From positions 124,001-188,000 of the forward strand of contig JAKMXF010000326.1 in assembly GCA_024704765.1 (NCBI GenBank): a DNA stretch of 64,000 nucleotides, given 5' to 3'. How positions within the stretch are numbered: the first letter of the stretch is position 1; each line of letters opens with the position of its first letter. Made by a program: the position numbers and the translations under genes. This document shows, piece by piece, positions 63,317-64,000 of this stretch. Under the pieces are notes generated by a model, which saw only the letters and a program-made list of their open reading frames with translations, searched no databases and was not told the origin of the DNA. Source of the stretch: Oopsacas minuta. Lineage: Eukaryota > Animalia > Porifera.

Positions 63317-64000
63317 CTAGTCAGAAAAAAGCTGTGAATCAATGGGTTCATAAACTTGATGCAAAGATTCAAGTAAGTCTGCAACTTGTTTCAGATTACT
63401 GACGCCAACAAGCATTTGATTTAACAAATGTTCAGCTTCTATACCAGATATTCGAATTTTGGCACTAATGGCCTGGGTTTGTTCCTGATAAAATTCACGA
63501 AGAGAATGTTTGTTTTGACGCTTAAATCTGCTAAATTCTGAATTAAGTTTCTCAAATCGATTTTCAGCAAGAATCGCACGTTTATTTGCTTTAGCGAGGT
63601 GATCCTCTACATTGTGTATAACTTGTTCTAATGCCTTAGTTTCTTGAGAGTCTTTTAATTGCAATTCTTGGAGTTTCACGGATAAAGATAAATTTTTTCC
63701 CTCTAAATCTTGAATTTGACGTTTAAGTGAAAAATTTTCAATTTTCAAATCAGAATCCTCAGAATTAGGTTTCAAAATTCCATCTGATGAATTGAAAACA
63801 TTATTTTGAGTATTCTGAAATATATCGGAATAATCAACATTTGTTGATGCTAAGGGTAAAGCAGCTAGAGTTTTCGGTACGGAATATTGAGGTTGGATAA
63901 ACTTCTTATAAGAAAATGGATTATCTACGGAGTTAAATGTAGATTCAGGAGTAGCAAAATTATTGGCAGCTTCAGTAGTAGAAATTGATTTAAGCCTAGA
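63317..64000 (-). CDS. ENTR1: Probable endosome-associated trafficking regulator 1 (SDCCAG3) homologue, 3' part; runs off the window
   Basis: Frame open from 64000 to the stop at 63317. DNPFSYKKF resembles the ENTR1 NPFSF.EF motif; coiled coil ETKALEQVIHNVEDHLAKANKRAILAE and LNQMLVGVSNLKQVADLLESL resemble the ENTR1 C-terminus (recognised from memory). Confidence 0.7.
   Translation of the reverse strand, partial: SRLKSISTTEAANNFATPESTFNSVDNPFSYKKFIQPQYSVPKTLAALPLASTNVDYSDIFQNTQNNVFNSSDGILKPNSEDSDLKIENFSLKRQIQDLEGKNLSLSVKLQELQLKDSQETKALEQVIHNVEDHLAKANKRAILAENRFEKLNSEFSRFKRQNKHSLREFYQEQTQAISAKIRISGIEAEHLLNQMLVGVSNLKQVADLLESLHQVYEPIDSQLFSD

Overview
AT-rich, intron-bearing eukaryotic (invertebrate animal-type; species not determinable here) DNA that is mostly a graveyard of nested and decayed transposons: Helitron, P-element/THAP, KDZ-like, two maT (Tc1/mariner DD37D-type), two mariner, several hAT (ZMYM1-type and Buster/Charlie-type), Mutator, Harbinger, Ty3/gypsy, Chapaev and Chapaev3, plus many MITEs and two copies of a ~0.9-kb foldback element. 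Host coding sequence is limited to (i) two long + strand ORFs (32932-34018, CCCH zinc finger; 48428-49650) whose splice phases allow them to be two exons of one gene around a 14.4-kb TE-filled intron, and (ii) the 3' part of a probable ENTR1/SDCCAG3 homologue at the right edge. The most notable object is a full-length but frameshifted Chapaev element (38051-40961; 416-bp TIRs, 4-bp TSD) whose transposase combines the Chapa zinc finger with a RAG1/Transib-like catalytic core; it has no RAG2-like partner. No rRNA, tRNA or CRISPR array is supported. All family calls come from motif recognition by eye; no database search was run.
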